The notes beneath the pieces were generated by a model. The model worked only from the letters and a program-made list of their open reading frames with translations. It was not told the DNA's origin and did not search any database. Shown piece by piece: positions 17,932-27,518 of a stretch of DNA of 64,000 nucleotides. Source of the DNA: an uncultured virus (IMG/VR IMGVR_UViG_3300020477_000020). Lineage: Duplodnaviria > Heunggongvirae > Uroviricota > Caudoviricetes. Position 1 is the stretch's first letter. Every line of letters starts with the position of its first letter. Made by a program: the position numbers and the translations under genes. The stretch lies in the IMG/VR virus record IMGVR_UViG_3300020477_000020; one strand, 5' to 3'.

Positions 17932-20190
17932 TTAGAATTGACCGACGACTTCGGAGAATTCAACGCCCGTCCTGACAGCAACGAAGTTAAGCTGGATGAA
18001 GTTGATCGAACGAGCTGGCTTGATGTATATGTCACCAATAAACTCATTTCTATCTATAACTTCTCCGGTATTGTTTGTTTCGTCACAAACAACCTTAAAG
18101 TCGAAGATGCCTCGACGGCCCTGAACATCTCTGAGGAACGGCTCAACGAGGTTACGGAACTGTGCTCTTGTAAACTCATCATTGAATTCAAATAGAGTAA
18201 ACTTAGCAGCAGTACTAATGGCTTTCTCAAGAACAATGAACAATCTACGAACATTGATTCTATCAAATGCACTTGGCTTGGCTAGAAGCGTTTTGTCACC
18301 AAACAATATTGTGCCCTGACCCGGGAATGTGACAATTGGATTGACACCATTCTTATACAGAATATCTCTGTCTGCTTTGTCTGGGTTGTATACGTTCTTG
18401 ACAACATTCTTCAAGATACCACGGTTAAATCCAGCAGGTGAATACCAAGGATCTCTTGTTTCATCAGTTCTAGCTGCAAGACCAGCTATGTCACCGTTGT
18501 ATGGTACATATCTGTATACGTCATTATACTTGTCGTATGCATATTTGTATCCACCATCCATGACAGCATATGAAGAAGACGTTAGAGCATTTCTGAAGTC
18601 CACTGTGTTGGCAGATTCTTGGTTGAAGTTATTAACCAAGTCTGCTTTTGCAGGGGAAATGAATGCAACGCAATCTTTTCTCGACTCACAAATGTTGTCG
18701 ATAATGTAGTTACCAAGTTGCTCACCGTGTGTGCCACCTCTTGCTTTACCTTGTAGGATAAGAGAGATGTCAAACTCTTCAGCGTTTTTAAACTTGTCAT
18801 AACCAGCTGTAATCTGTCCAATGGCCAAGTTAGCTTCACCCCATGAGGATCCACCAGTTGTTGTATGAACCAAATCGTTAGCTGATCCACCATCTGAACC
18901 AAGAATCATTGATCTTGTTAACACCGTTGTGTTTGAGATGGCATTGTTAACCATGTTAACAGCTGTGTTAACATAAGTTGCAGTAGTGTTGTTTGTTTCC
19001 GAAGCTGGTCGGATTGTAGCACCACCACACCACAACCATTTACTTTGGTTGCTAATTACATCTTTAAAGTATGTTGATTCACCGGATTCATTCTTTGCAT
19101 CCGTTGCTCTTGAAAGAGCGCCAAACGCTTCGATGACCTGACCTCTAACACCATTAATGTCACCATCTTCGTCAATAACACAAATGTGTAGTTCATCACT
19201 TGCATCAGCGTTGTTAGCAACGTTGTTTGCATAGTCTGATGTACCAGGAGCTTTTTCAAACTGATTGAAGAACTCCCATCTACGAATAATACCTTCACTC
19301 TGCAGGTTGGCTGTGACGTTTGTCGACAAGGTGTACTTACTTTCAAATGTCAGAGTAGCTTGAGCAGTATATTGCGTATGAGTGTTATTTGAGTGAAGGG
19401 CAGCTGTGTTTGTCGTAGCAGACTTAGCGGCAACCTTCATTACCTGGAATCCAACAGAAGTGTTACCAACTCTGACTAGATCACCAAGGGCAAACGAACT
19501 TACGGTGTTCGAAACTGTGTTGATAGCCAACCGCGCTTCAGCAGTCGTGAAGTCGGTTCTTGTGTCACCTGACTTAGTACTTTTAATCTCAACAGTTAGT
19601 GTTTTAAGACCAACGTTTGCAATCAGATGAGCTGAATCCAAACCGGCAATTGTATTAGCAACCGTGCTTTCAAAAGCATCAGAGCTATCACAAACAGAAA
19701 CTTTAAGTGAGTTTCCGAGAGTTCCTGGATACTTAGCAAGGAACGCAGCCTTCGAAGGCAACGTTACTTCATTATCATAAGCATCTTCACTCTTGATCTG
19801 GATTGTGTGGCTAGTATTGGCTCTGTCAGCGGTACCACCGTCTACAAGACCGGAGTTTACGTTAACAGTACCATGATCCGCAGTTGTTTGCAACGCAGTT
19901 GCATTCCTCGGACCGTGTGTTGTATTTGAGGCTTCAGTCGTTCTAACGACGAACAGCTTGTTTGAATAACTCAAAAAGGCTGCCGCAGTAAAGAACGTCT
20001 CGAAATTTGTTCCATCTGGCTTGCCAAATACCTGAACCAATTCTTCTTCAGATGAGATAAGGGATCTCTCTTCAACAGGTCCCCATCTAAAATGGCCAGC
20101 TAGCGCTGTATCCGTCGTGGAGACTGCCGGCACAATAGTAGTTAAATCGATTTCAGTTACATTGACGCCAGGACTTACTTGAAATGGCAT
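17932..20190 (-). CDS. gp18: tail sheath protein (752 aa)
   Basis: SPGVNVTEIDLT, WGPV, PWYSPAGFNRG, LFGDKT, FDRINVRRLF, IYIKPARSINFIQLNF. Confidence 0.98.
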   Translation of the reverse strand: MPFQVSPGVNVTEIDLTTIVPAVSTTDTALAGHFRWGPVEERSLISSEEELVQVFGKPDGTNFETFFTAAAFLSYSNKLFVVRTTEASNTTHGPRNATALQTTADHGTVNVNSGLVDGGTADRANTSHTIQIKSEDAYDNEVTLPSKAAFLAKYPGTLGNSLKVSVCDSSDAFESTVANTIAGLDSAHLIANVGLKTLTVEIKSTKSGDTRTDFTTAEARLAINTVSNTVSSFALGDLVRVGNTSVGFQVMKVAAKSATTNTAALHSNNTHTQYTAQATLTFESKYTLSTNVTANLQSEGIIRRWEFFNQFEKAPGTSDYANNVANNADASDELHICVIDEDGDINGVRGQVIEAFGALSRATDAKNESGESTYFKDVISNQSKWLWCGGATIRPASETNNTTATYVNTAVNMVNNAISNTTVLTRSMILGSDGGSANDLVHTTTGGSSWGEANLAIGQITAGYDKFKNAEEFDISLILQGKARGGTHGEQLGNYIIDNICESRKDCVAFISPAKADLVNNFNQESANTVDFRNALTSSSYAVMDGGYKYAYDKYNDVYRYVPYNGDIAGLAARTDETRDPWYSPAGFNRGILKNVVKNVYNPDKADRDILYKNGVNPIVTFPGQGTILFGDKTLLAKPSAFDRINVRRLFIVLEKAISTAAKFTLFEFNDEFTRAQFRNLVEPFLRDVQGRRGIFDFKVVCDETNNTGEVIDRNEFIGDIYIKPARSINFIQLNFVAVRTGVEFSEVVGQF

Positions 20191-20238
20191 TCTCTTTCTC
20201 CTTCATAAAGGTTTAAAGCAACGGATTTGCTCGTGAAA

Positions 20239-20246
20239 TATTTATA
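20239..20246 (-). promoter_or_regulatory. T4-type late promoter
   Basis: TATAAATA in the gp17-gp18 intergenic region. Confidence 0.85.
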
Positions 20247-20259
20247 AAATACCGGGTTT

Positions 20260-21915
20260 CTACCAATATTCTACTTTGTAAGGATGATCTACTAGCAGAG
20301 GTTCACCATTATTAAATTCACCCCAATCATCATCTTCCACCATACCATTGTCCATAAATCCAAACGGAAGCATTTCTTCTTCAATAGCTTTCTCATTTGC
20401 CTCTAGTAAATTCTTTCTTATATCAATATCAGTCATTTCCTTGAAATATTCTTGTCCCGTTAACCAGGAGAATAAAACAAGACACATTACCAAGTCATCA
20501 TTGTATCCTTCTTCTGCTGCATAGCTACTACCTTTAACGCTAAATGCAGTTAGCTCTTTGATTATCTCAAAGTCGTTTAACACCAGTCTGTCATTTTCAA
20601 TAATAGTCTTTAGAGATGCACAACCAATCCTTTTTAATTGTTTTGTTGTTCTCACACCAAGCTGTTGTGCTTTTCCTCCAAATCCAGCAGTCAGTAACTG
20701 ACCTGCTCGACCTTTCCACTCAGCTGTTAGTATTCCCTCATACTCTAACTCATGATGTAAGATATCTGCTACTTGTTGGCCGATATCATTGATCTCAACC
20801 AATACGATTGCACGATTATATCTGCTTGCAACGTCAAATATAATGTTCGGATACACCATAGGAGCAATGATATTTGACCTGTATGTACATACAACTTCAT
20901 AAGGTACGGCAGTGCAATCCATGACAGTAAAAGCTGAGTAATCATTTCCTATTCCTCTCGAGGTGTCTACAGCCAGTGCATATACATGACCTTTTTCTGG
21001 TTCTTTCCAAACTTTAACATTTTCATTCTGTGATACGGGTTCATGAAATGTCAACATACTTAGTTTAGCTGGATTAATTAATGTATTGCTTGAACCAATA
21101 AACTCACACTCAAACTCTTGTCTAAACTGATCAGCACTGGTGTTGTTGATTGTTTGTTGTTTCCAAGCCTCATCTCTACCTGGAACAGCAGACCAATGAA
21201 CTTGAATTGGTGTGTATTCGTTTCTTCCTTCTTCTGCATCAATCCATAACTTATAGAATAGATTCATTCCTTTTGGTGTTGATGTGATCATCACTCTCGA
21301 TGTTGCACCAGATGAAATTGTAGGATAAACGGATGCAAAGAACTCTTCTTGTAGCTCTGGTGGTACAAATGCAAATTCATCTAAATACACCAAACTAAAT
21401 GAACCACCTCTTATAGCTGAGGACGACGTTGATGAGGCTAAAATCTTTGATCCGTTTTCTAACTCCAAACTACCTTTGTTCCACTCTACAATTCCTTGCT
21501 GCAACCAATGAGGAAGCCATTCGTATGCCATTTGCAAACGACCCAAGATCTCCCGAGCAGTACTGGCCTTATTTGCCAAAATAGCACAATTAAAGGATTC
21601 GTTGAATAGAACAAACCAAAGAATGACAGCAACCATTGTTGTTGTCTTTCCAGACTGTCTAGGCATCTTGCAAATCGAGAATCTGTTTTGAATAACAGAT
21701 TTCATAATATCAAGTTGGAAGTCATATAAATCTAGAGGCACAATACCTTCATCAATGTTGACAATCTTCATATATGTTCTACAGAAGTAGTCAATATCAT
21801 TGCTACACTTAACAATCTCTTTTAATTGTTCTTCTGTGTAGTCAATTTGAACACCAGCTTTTTTGAGCTTGGCGTTGCCTAGATAAATTTGTTTAGAGGA
21901 CAAGCCCTGATTCAT
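20260..21915 (-). CDS. gp17: terminase large subunit
   Basis: PRQSGKTT, LDEFAFV, ITSTPKG, QEFECEF, DTSRGIGNDYSAF, DDLVM. Confidence 0.97.
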   Translation of the reverse strand: MNQGLSSKQIYLGNAKLKKAGVQIDYTEEQLKEIVKCSNDIDYFCRTYMKIVNIDEGIVPLDLYDFQLDIMKSVIQNRFSICKMPRQSGKTTTMVAVILWFVLFNESFNCAILANKASTAREILGRLQMAYEWLPHWLQQGIVEWNKGSLELENGSKILASSTSSSAIRGGSFSLVYLDEFAFVPPELQEEFFASVYPTISSGATSRVMITSTPKGMNLFYKLWIDAEEGRNEYTPIQVHWSAVPGRDEAWKQQTINNTSADQFRQEFECEFIGSSNTLINPAKLSMLTFHEPVSQNENVKVWKEPEKGHVYALAVDTSRGIGNDYSAFTVMDCTAVPYEVVCTYRSNIIAPMVYPNIIFDVASRYNRAIVLVEINDIGQQVADILHHELEYEGILTAEWKGRAGQLLTAGFGGKAQQLGVRTTKQLKRIGCASLKTIIENDRLVLNDFEIIKELTAFSVKGSSYAAEEGYNDDLVMCLVLFSWLTGQEYFKEMTDIDIRKNLLEANEKAIEEEMLPFGFMDNGMVEDDDWGEFNNGEPLLVDHPYKVEYW

Positions 21916-22318
21916 TTAGTTTCTTTCTGTTGGCCAGATGCTGTTCGGCAATATCTGATTTGCTTTGTCCATGATAAGCCACACCATGACCTTCCCTAAT
22001 CATAATCTCTGTAATGGTAGATTCTCTATCTGTTGCTCCATCATATACTCTAAAGTCTCCAAGCACTCTACCAAACTTACCTGCCTTATCTTTAAATGTC
22101 AGTAGACACTTTGACATAGCAAGTAGCTGTGTGATTCTTTCCTTAGCAGCAAGTCCATATTTCTTTTCTTCAAGATCACGTGTTCTTGATTCAGGAGTAT
22201 CTATTCCCATCATTCTAATACGTTCTTTATGGATCCAGATACCAAAGCCCAGATCAATATCAACATCGACAGTATCACCATCGATAACCTTTACTAACTT
22301 AAAATTGTATTCAAACAT
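21893..22318 (-). CDS. thermonuclease (SNase-like) family nuclease
   Basis: VIDGDTVDVDIDLGF, RIRMMGIDTPES, GKFGRVLG. Confidence 0.85.
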   Translation of the reverse strand: MFEYNFKLVKVIDGDTVDVDIDLGFGIWIHKERIRMMGIDTPESRTRDLEEKKYGLAAKERITQLLAMSKCLLTFKDKAGKFGRVLGDFRVYDGATDRESTITEIMIREGHGVAYHGQSKSDIAEQHLANRKKLNESGLVL

Positions 22319-22410
22319 TAGCAGATAAACCTCATTCCCATATTATCGATATACATTATTAAATATGCATTGGTCACATAATCGAAAATAAATTGTATCT
22401 TTTCTAACAT
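22318..22410 (-). CDS. small hypothetical protein (30 aa, MLEKIQFIFDYVTNAYLIMYIDNMGMRFIC)
   Basis: Fills the gap exactly; TAATG overlap with the nuclease start; below the ORF-track cutoff. Confidence 0.45.
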   Translation of the reverse strand: MLEKIQFIFDYVTNAYLIMYIDNMGMRFIC

Positions 22411-22414
22411 AACT

Positions 22415-23056
22415 TTAGTTCCATGTTACCATTTTAAACTCTTCAGGTGGTAACCCAAAGAATCTACATTTCCAGTCTGATTGTTCGAAGAATGGTAGGT
22501 GATACCATTCGTCCTTCTTATTTAGTACTTGCTTCCCCATATCATCCCAATCAGTGCGTTCTACTAGAGCTTCTATCTTCTCCTTAGCTTCAAGAACAGG
22601 ATCAAGTACAAACGAGTCCCATTCATAGTGAAATACTTCACATACGTTTCCTTCTTTGTCTACCCAATCCATACTAAAGTCAATTCCCCATTTGGGTTTG
22701 ACTTTGGCTAGCTTGTAGACTACAGGATTAGATTTACCCCACTTGAGTAATTCATCTAACGCCTCATCCTCATATGCTCTTCTTTGAAATAGGTATCCGT
22801 GATTGAGAATGGCACCTTCTAGTTTAGCTGGATCTTCGTGATACCAATACCGTCTACTACTGACTCCCGGACCGCTTTCATCTAAAAACACTCCATTCTT
22901 TTTATGATACATTATCTCTAACTTCGATAATGAATAGCCGCTTTGATCAAAGTTGTTGATCATCTGCTTGGTAGGAACAAAGCCTAAATCAATTGGCTTG
23001 GTCAAATAGGGGTTTACATCAAATGTAGCAGATTCGTTTAATGTAAGATATGTCAT
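22415..23056 (-). CDS. hypothetical protein (213 aa)
   Basis: Clean ORF between the terminase subunit genes; aromatic-rich, no motif recognised. Confidence 0.7.
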   Translation of the reverse strand: MTYLTLNESATFDVNPYLTKPIDLGFVPTKQMINNFDQSGYSLSKLEIMYHKKNGVFLDESGPGVSSRRYWYHEDPAKLEGAILNHGYLFQRRAYEDEALDELLKWGKSNPVVYKLAKVKPKWGIDFSMDWVDKEGNVCEVFHYEWDSFVLDPVLEAKEKIEALVERTDWDDMGKQVLNKKDEWYHLPFFEQSDWKCRFFGLPPEEFKMVTWN

Positions 23057-23066
23057 GAATTAACTG

Positions 23067-23094
23067 TTGACCTTTCTGTAAAAGTGTATATAAT
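23067..23094 (+). promoter_or_regulatory. putative sigma70-type promoter oriented antisense to gp16
   Basis: TTGACC-N16-TATAAT on the plus strand; same GTTGACC -35 as the uvsY promoter. Confidence 0.55.
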
Positions 23095-23127
23095 AGGTTC
23101 TGTAACCGAGCAAGTCCTAATACCCCG

Positions 23128-23568
23128 TTACTTCTTTTTAAGTACGTCCCTAGCGTTCCCACCTAATAGTTTTGTTAAGTCTGCCGTGGAACCGACAAAC
23201 AGGTTGTTTGTAACTTTGTCTGGGCCTGAGGGATCAGACAATACTTCTTTTGCACTCTTATGTAGCTTAACCAAATCATTATTGGTATCTGAGATCGTTT
23301 TAATTAATTGACCTGCTACCTCGAATGCTCTCGGGTGTTGTGATTGACCCGCTAAATCCAATATACCATCTAATGCGTCTCGACCTCTCTCAATCAAATG
23401 ATATAGGTTCTCTCTTGCATACTCTAAATCTTTTTCTGTCTTTAAATCCTGTGGCGGGTCGACTGCAGGTACTGCTGGTTTATCGACTGCCACCGGTGTA
23501 ACTCCTAGACTATTTGCTATAGGATCAGAGTCCTGGGGTGTTTGCGTCTCCACTGAAAAACTCCTCAA
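23128..23568 (-). CDS. gp16: terminase small subunit
   Basis: DLEYARENLYHLIERG, HPRAFEVAGQLIK, NNLFVGSTADL. Confidence 0.93.
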   Translation of the reverse strand: MRSFSVETQTPQDSDPIANSLGVTPVAVDKPAVPAVDPPQDLKTEKDLEYARENLYHLIERGRDALDGILDLAGQSQHPRAFEVAGQLIKTISDTNNDLVKLHKSAKEVLSDPSGPDKVTNNLFVGSTADLTKLLGGNARDVLKKK

Positions 23569-24415
23569 AATTATTTATGAAACCAAAATTATCATTTGCA
23601 GTAATACTTTCCCTAGCTATTGTTATGCTAGCATTAGATGTTGGATTACCATTTGCGTCTAAACCAGGATCGATAGTTTGTCTACTGTGTTGTACATTAG
23701 CCGATGTGCTAATACCAGACACCACTGAGTTGGCTGGATGACTGTTGGCTAATTGAAGTGATGTGTCAATAAAGAATTGTGTGTTGGCTCTTGTAATGAT
23801 TCCACTCTTTGACACAGGACCAAAGAAATATCCTTTAAGAGTGAAATCAGCTTGATATATAAGCGCTCGTCGGGTCACGAAATCTGCTTCATACGTGTCT
23901 TGCATGTTTAATGAGTCGAGAATAACCGGTACGTCTAATTTGTAGTTCATCTCAGGTAAAATATTAGCGGTAACAGTAAACTCAGGTGTGAAGAACGGCA
24001 TGATCTGTTCTATGATCTTTGTACCATCTTCTGCTCTGTTAACCATTATATTCAGCTGAAAAGCAATATCATAAGGAACTGGTTGATACATATTCCTTAA
24101 CTTACTTTGCTCAGAACCATCTGCTAATGACGTCACTCTTCTTATTGTATTCAGCTTTCTTTCGGAGGCATAAGCAAGACCAGTCATCTCAAATGACATT
24201 CTTGGTAGATTGATAGCCGTCTCTCTATCGAGATTCGGATCACCTTCTAGTCTTGCTAACGTCTTCTCTCTCGGCCCATATGATAAAGGAACTCTGATCT
24301 TCTGGTGTCTGTTACCAGCATCATCAGTTCTATAAAAGTGTATTTCATTAAACAAAGTACCAAATATAATAACATATTTACGTAGAGTCTCATGGTAAAA
24401 CGTATGGCCAAACAT
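23525..24415 (-). CDS. gp15: tail sheath stabilizer / completion protein
   Basis: FYHETLRKYVIIFGTLFN, VPLSYGP, LPRMSFE, PVPYDI, EQIMPFFTP. Confidence 0.95.
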   Translation of the reverse strand: MFGHTFYHETLRKYVIIFGTLFNEIHFYRTDDAGNRHQKIRVPLSYGPREKTLARLEGDPNLDRETAINLPRMSFEMTGLAYASERKLNTIRRVTSLADGSEQSKLRNMYQPVPYDIAFQLNIMVNRAEDGTKIIEQIMPFFTPEFTVTANILPEMNYKLDVPVILDSLNMQDTYEADFVTRRALIYQADFTLKGYFFGPVSKSGIITRANTQFFIDTSLQLANSHPANSVVSGISTSANVQHSRQTIDPGLDANGNPTSNASITIARESITANDNFGFINNFEEFFSGDANTPGL

Positions 24416-25266
24416 TAGAACCTACCTCCTTCACTGAATGGATCACGATCACTAAAGTCAAGGAAGTCATCAGCTTTGGTCTCAATGAATACACTTTCGG
24501 ATTCTGTTGCAGCATCAAAGTCTTCATCGTCTTGTTGATCCTCATCGAGAATAAAGAATCCATCCTCAGTTAGGATCTTACCAGAATCAAATACAGATTC
24601 TAGTGTAACGTGATTGAGTGCAACCGCACCAGATCGATCTGGCTCTTCTAGTAATAGTCTAAATCCATCTTCTGTAAACAATGGAGTTCCATCTTCAGCA
24701 GTGAGTTCTACTTCCGTGAATACATCCAATGAATGTGTTGTTTGTATCTGATCAATTACATCAACACCAGTATTAAACCTCTCGTTGGAGTATTCAAATA
24801 ACTCACAACGCAGCTCATAGAACTGCAATGCACCCATTTGATAGAATACTGGTTCATGCTCGACGAACTTAATCTCAAATACCTTTTCATTCAATGGTAA
24901 AAAGATCAAGTCACCAGGTCTTGGTCTTGCAATTGATTGTTCTTGCTCAACAGTTTCTTCAAAATGACGACGAGCAATACATACCGTCATTCCGTCTCTT
25001 ATCTCTAAACCAAACTTAGATAGAAAGTCTCCCTCACCCTCAAATCCATCAACACTTCTAACATAGGTTACTAAATCTGACACTTGCTCAAACGAAGCTA
25101 GATCTTCTTCAGTGTATAACTGATCGAATCCATCTGCAGAGAATGTTCTAGCCATATAGCCGCAACTCATTCCATAGATTTGGATTGATTCAGCTACAAG
25201 GTCATCAATTAGATTCTGTTCACCTCGGTGATCAAAATTATTGAAGTGGAAGTTTGGTTGTACCAT
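24415..25266 (-). CDS. gp14: neck protein gp14
   Basis: EQNLIDDLVAESIQIYG, SKFGLEIRD, RPRPGDLIF, FEIKFVEHE.FYQ, CELFEYS, DPFSE. Confidence 0.93.
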   Translation of the reverse strand: MVQPNFHFNNFDHRGEQNLIDDLVAESIQIYGMSCGYMARTFSADGFDQLYTEEDLASFEQVSDLVTYVRSVDGFEGEGDFLSKFGLEIRDGMTVCIARRHFEETVEQEQSIARPRPGDLIFLPLNEKVFEIKFVEHEPVFYQMGALQFYELRCELFEYSNERFNTGVDVIDQIQTTHSLDVFTEVELTAEDGTPLFTEDGFRLLLEEPDRSGAVALNHVTLESVFDSGKILTEDGFFILDEDQQDDEDFDAATESESVFIETKADDFLDFSDRDPFSEGGRF

Positions 25267-25269
25267 TTA

Positions 25270-25374
25270 TTACTCCGGTGGGCTTACGCAGTGAACGCAA
25301 GGATCTTGTTCTGTACAAGTACAGGGATCACAATCACATAATGGATTGTCACATTGATCGTTATTGCAAGTCAT
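25270..25374 (-). CDS. 34-aa Cys-rich metallothionein-like peptide (MTCNNDQCDNPLCDCDPCTCTEQDPCVHCVSPPE)
   Basis: Hand-translated; TAATG overlap with the upstream stop, ends 3 nt before the gp14 ATG; 8 Cys and 1 His. Confidence 0.7.
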   Translation of the reverse strand: MTCNNDQCDNPLCDCDPCTCTEQDPCVHCVSPPE

Positions 25375-25805
25375 TACCCGCTCCTCCATGTTCCACCCTT
25401 AGATTTATACCACCTAGCTGCCCAGCCATTTGCATATGCGGATGGGTACACATCAAACTTTGAACGAGCTAATGACTTAGCTCTTGACCACAGCTTAGGA
25501 TTATTTGGCTTACTCTTTTCCAAAAGCATGCCTGCTAAGACCTCTTCTGTCTTAACATTTATAGGTTTATTACCTGTTCCTGGCCTATCGACCTGAGGAT
25601 CTTTTGCTCTTTTCCGTCTTGCAGCAGACGCTCTATCTTTTTTACTCATTGAATGTGCCTTTGATCTTGGTAAACATTTTGGCTTACCTTCACCTGGTTC
25701 TCTGGCACAATCACCCTTGATATTGCCCTTTGTATCCATACGGACCCAATCACCTTTCGGTCCTTTGCCAAACCAATCTTTAAGTGACTCTTCAAAAGAT
25801 ATCAT
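25374..25805 (-). CDS. basic hypothetical protein (possibly DUF5872-like)
   Basis: Lys/Arg-rich; KPKCLP, RRKRAKDP, PKLWSRAK, YPSAYANGW, YKSKGGTW. Confidence 0.65.
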   Translation of the reverse strand: MISFEESLKDWFGKGPKGDWVRMDTKGNIKGDCAREPGEGKPKCLPRSKAHSMSKKDRASAARRKRAKDPQVDRPGTGNKPINVKTEEVLAGMLLEKSKPNNPKLWSRAKSLARSKFDVYPSAYANGWAARWYKSKGGTWRSG

Positions 25806-25807
25806 AA

Positions 25808-26551
25808 CTACCCCGTCATATCATGTACTGGCAACGAATAAGAACTAATCATCTCATCCTGCAGCTTATTCTTTTGATCCAATCCCTGAGTAAGTATTGT
25901 CTCTCCATTAAATTGTACTCCACCAGGCATTTGCATTCCAGTAAACTTAGAAAGATTCTGCCCCCATTGTATTTGGATTAAAGCCGTTGTATATTCAGCT
26001 AACCACCTATCACCCCACATATCTGTATATGTGTCAGGATCAAACTTGGAATATACATGAGCAACTAAAAAGTCTCCGACGTTTAACTTCTCCCAATCCA
26101 TATCAACGTGGAGCTGATTGACGTGTCTGTTAAATCTAAGAGGTTGCCGTCCTACGAGAATCTCCTCAATAAATCTAATATTTTGGAAGTTCATATAGAA
26201 AGGTACTAAGTCATATCTCGAAAGATCGTAAAGATCATTCAATGCTATTTGATATCTAATATTGAAAAGATTATTTGTGCTTGTAGCATCTCCAATATCA
26301 AACAAATTAATAACCCCAATAATATTATTATCAGTGATCGAGATATAACCATTGTCTTTGTCTGTTTGAGTGACAGAATGTTTGAGGAACGTTTTTTGTA
26401 CACCATCAAAGTGGTAATCCTGGTAGTAAATGATTGCTTGGTCAATGCGGTCATCAACCTGTTCGTCAGAGACGTTAATGTCGATGACTCCTTTTCCTAG
26501 CCTTCGAAGACAATGCTCTTTAAATGTTTCCCTTGAATTTGGTATAGCCAT
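25808..26551 (-). CDS. gp13: neck protein gp13
   Basis: CLRRLGKGVIDINVSDEQVDD, YHFDG, QWGQNLSKF.GMQMPGGVQFNG. Confidence 0.95.
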   Translation of the reverse strand: MAIPNSRETFKEHCLRRLGKGVIDINVSDEQVDDRIDQAIIYYQDYHFDGVQKTFLKHSVTQTDKDNGYISITDNNIIGVINLFDIGDATSTNNLFNIRYQIALNDLYDLSRYDLVPFYMNFQNIRFIEEILVGRQPLRFNRHVNQLHVDMDWEKLNVGDFLVAHVYSKFDPDTYTDMWGDRWLAEYTTALIQIQWGQNLSKFTGMQMPGGVQFNGETILTQGLDQKNKLQDEMISSYSLPVHDMTG

Positions 26552-26552
26552 T

Positions 26553-26711
26553 TTATGTCCTTAACGTAACTGCTGTTGTGCCAGCTGTGTTAGCTAGTGG
26601 CGCTGTATTAGCTGCCCTCCAACTATTGTGATCTTCTCTAGGTGTTAACTTAAAGCTAGTCTTCAGCTCCACTCTAACACTTTTACCGTTTTCTAGTTTC
26701 TTTACCGTCAT
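26553..26711 (-). CDS. small hypothetical protein (52 aa, MTVKKLENGKSVRVELK...GTTAVTLRT)
   Basis: Hand-translated; ATGA overlap with the upstream stop; fills the gap to gp13. Confidence 0.55.
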   Translation of the reverse strand: MTVKKLENGKSVRVELKTSFKLTPREDHNSWRAANTAPLANTAGTTAVTLRT

Positions 26712-27052
26712 GTTGCACTAGCTCGAGCTGTCATAAATCCTTCTACTAGCTTGGTTGTTGTGCTCCCTGTAACGACCTTTACGTCATATACATATCTTTT
26801 ATCGTCTACTAAGTAACCTGTTTGAACGCCTGTTAGGGAAAGCACAACAGAACCGTTAGCATAGCCGGCAGTTGTAAAAGTAAGATTGGAGGTTGAAGTA
26901 GCATTAATTTGGGCATTACTGTGGGATGCCTTAATCGTACTAGACACAGTGTATGCTGCCATATTGACAGAGACACCACTAGTATCTACAACATCAATTG
27001 TGGTTGTAAAGTTTGATCCCTTATCCAGAAAAATATTTGCTTTTTCAGCCAT
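26708..27052 (-). CDS. putative virion structural protein (114 aa)
   Basis: ANIFLDKGSNF...LSLTGVQT...RYVYDV...LVEG pattern typical of small T4-like virion proteins preceding gp13. Confidence 0.65.
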   Translation of the reverse strand: MAEKANIFLDKGSNFTTTIDVVDTSGVSVNMAAYTVSSTIKASHSNAQINATSTSNLTFTTAGYANGSVVLSLTGVQTGYLVDDKRYVYDVKVVTGSTTTKLVEGFMTARASAT

Positions 27053-27071
27053 CCTGTGCTCCTACAACTCG

Positions 27072-27087
27072 ACTAAATATATTTATA
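27072..27087. promoter_or_regulatory. overlapping divergent late-promoter site
   Basis: TATAAATA on the minus strand (27080-27087) and ACTAAATA on the plus strand (27072-27079) at the strand switch. Confidence 0.6.
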
Positions 27088-27107
27088 CATGATTTGAGCT
27101 AGAGTTT

Positions 27108-27518
27108 ATGAATACATCACTTCCCGACTATTTTGAATCAAGAACAACAGAACTTGACCATTTACGTTTACCGTATAATCACAAACGGTGGCCGTATTGG
27201 TTTATCACCACGTATGAAGACACGTATCAAGCATATTTATCTGTAGGAGATTTCAAGACTCGTACAAGACTGAAGTTTGATTACAGTGTCGAATTACGTA
27301 CACACATTATTCAAAAGAGCTTCAAAAAGTTTAGAAATAGTGGTGTTGCAAAGATGAAAACATTCTCCGTAGCAATAGATCACCATAGATTTCAAGATAT
27401 TATAGTATCAGCTGATGCAGAACCGTTGATCTTATTAAGGAGAGGGTGTAAAGTATTTGAACGTGTAGATGATTATCTCACGATTACTAGAAGGTGGATT
27501 AATGACAGATCAGATTAA
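27108..27518 (+). CDS. hypothetical protein (136 aa)
   Basis: First ORF of the plus-strand island, overlapping the next gene. Confidence 0.6.
   Translation: MNTSLPDYFESRTTELDHLRLPYNHKRWPYWFITTYEDTYQAYLSVGDFKTRTRLKFDYSVELRTHIIQKSFKKFRNSGVAKMKTFSVAIDHHRFQDIIVSADAEPLILLRRGCKVFERVDDYLTITRRWINDRSD

Noticed and set aside
20260..21915. Intein or intron in terminase, portal, helicase or capsid genes
   Set aside because: Lengths and motif spacing are ordinary; no splice-junction motifs or homing endonuclease seen
23084..23311. 75-aa plus-strand ORF near the antisense promoter
   Set aside because: It starts within the promoter itself, has no RBS and overlaps gp16 antisense
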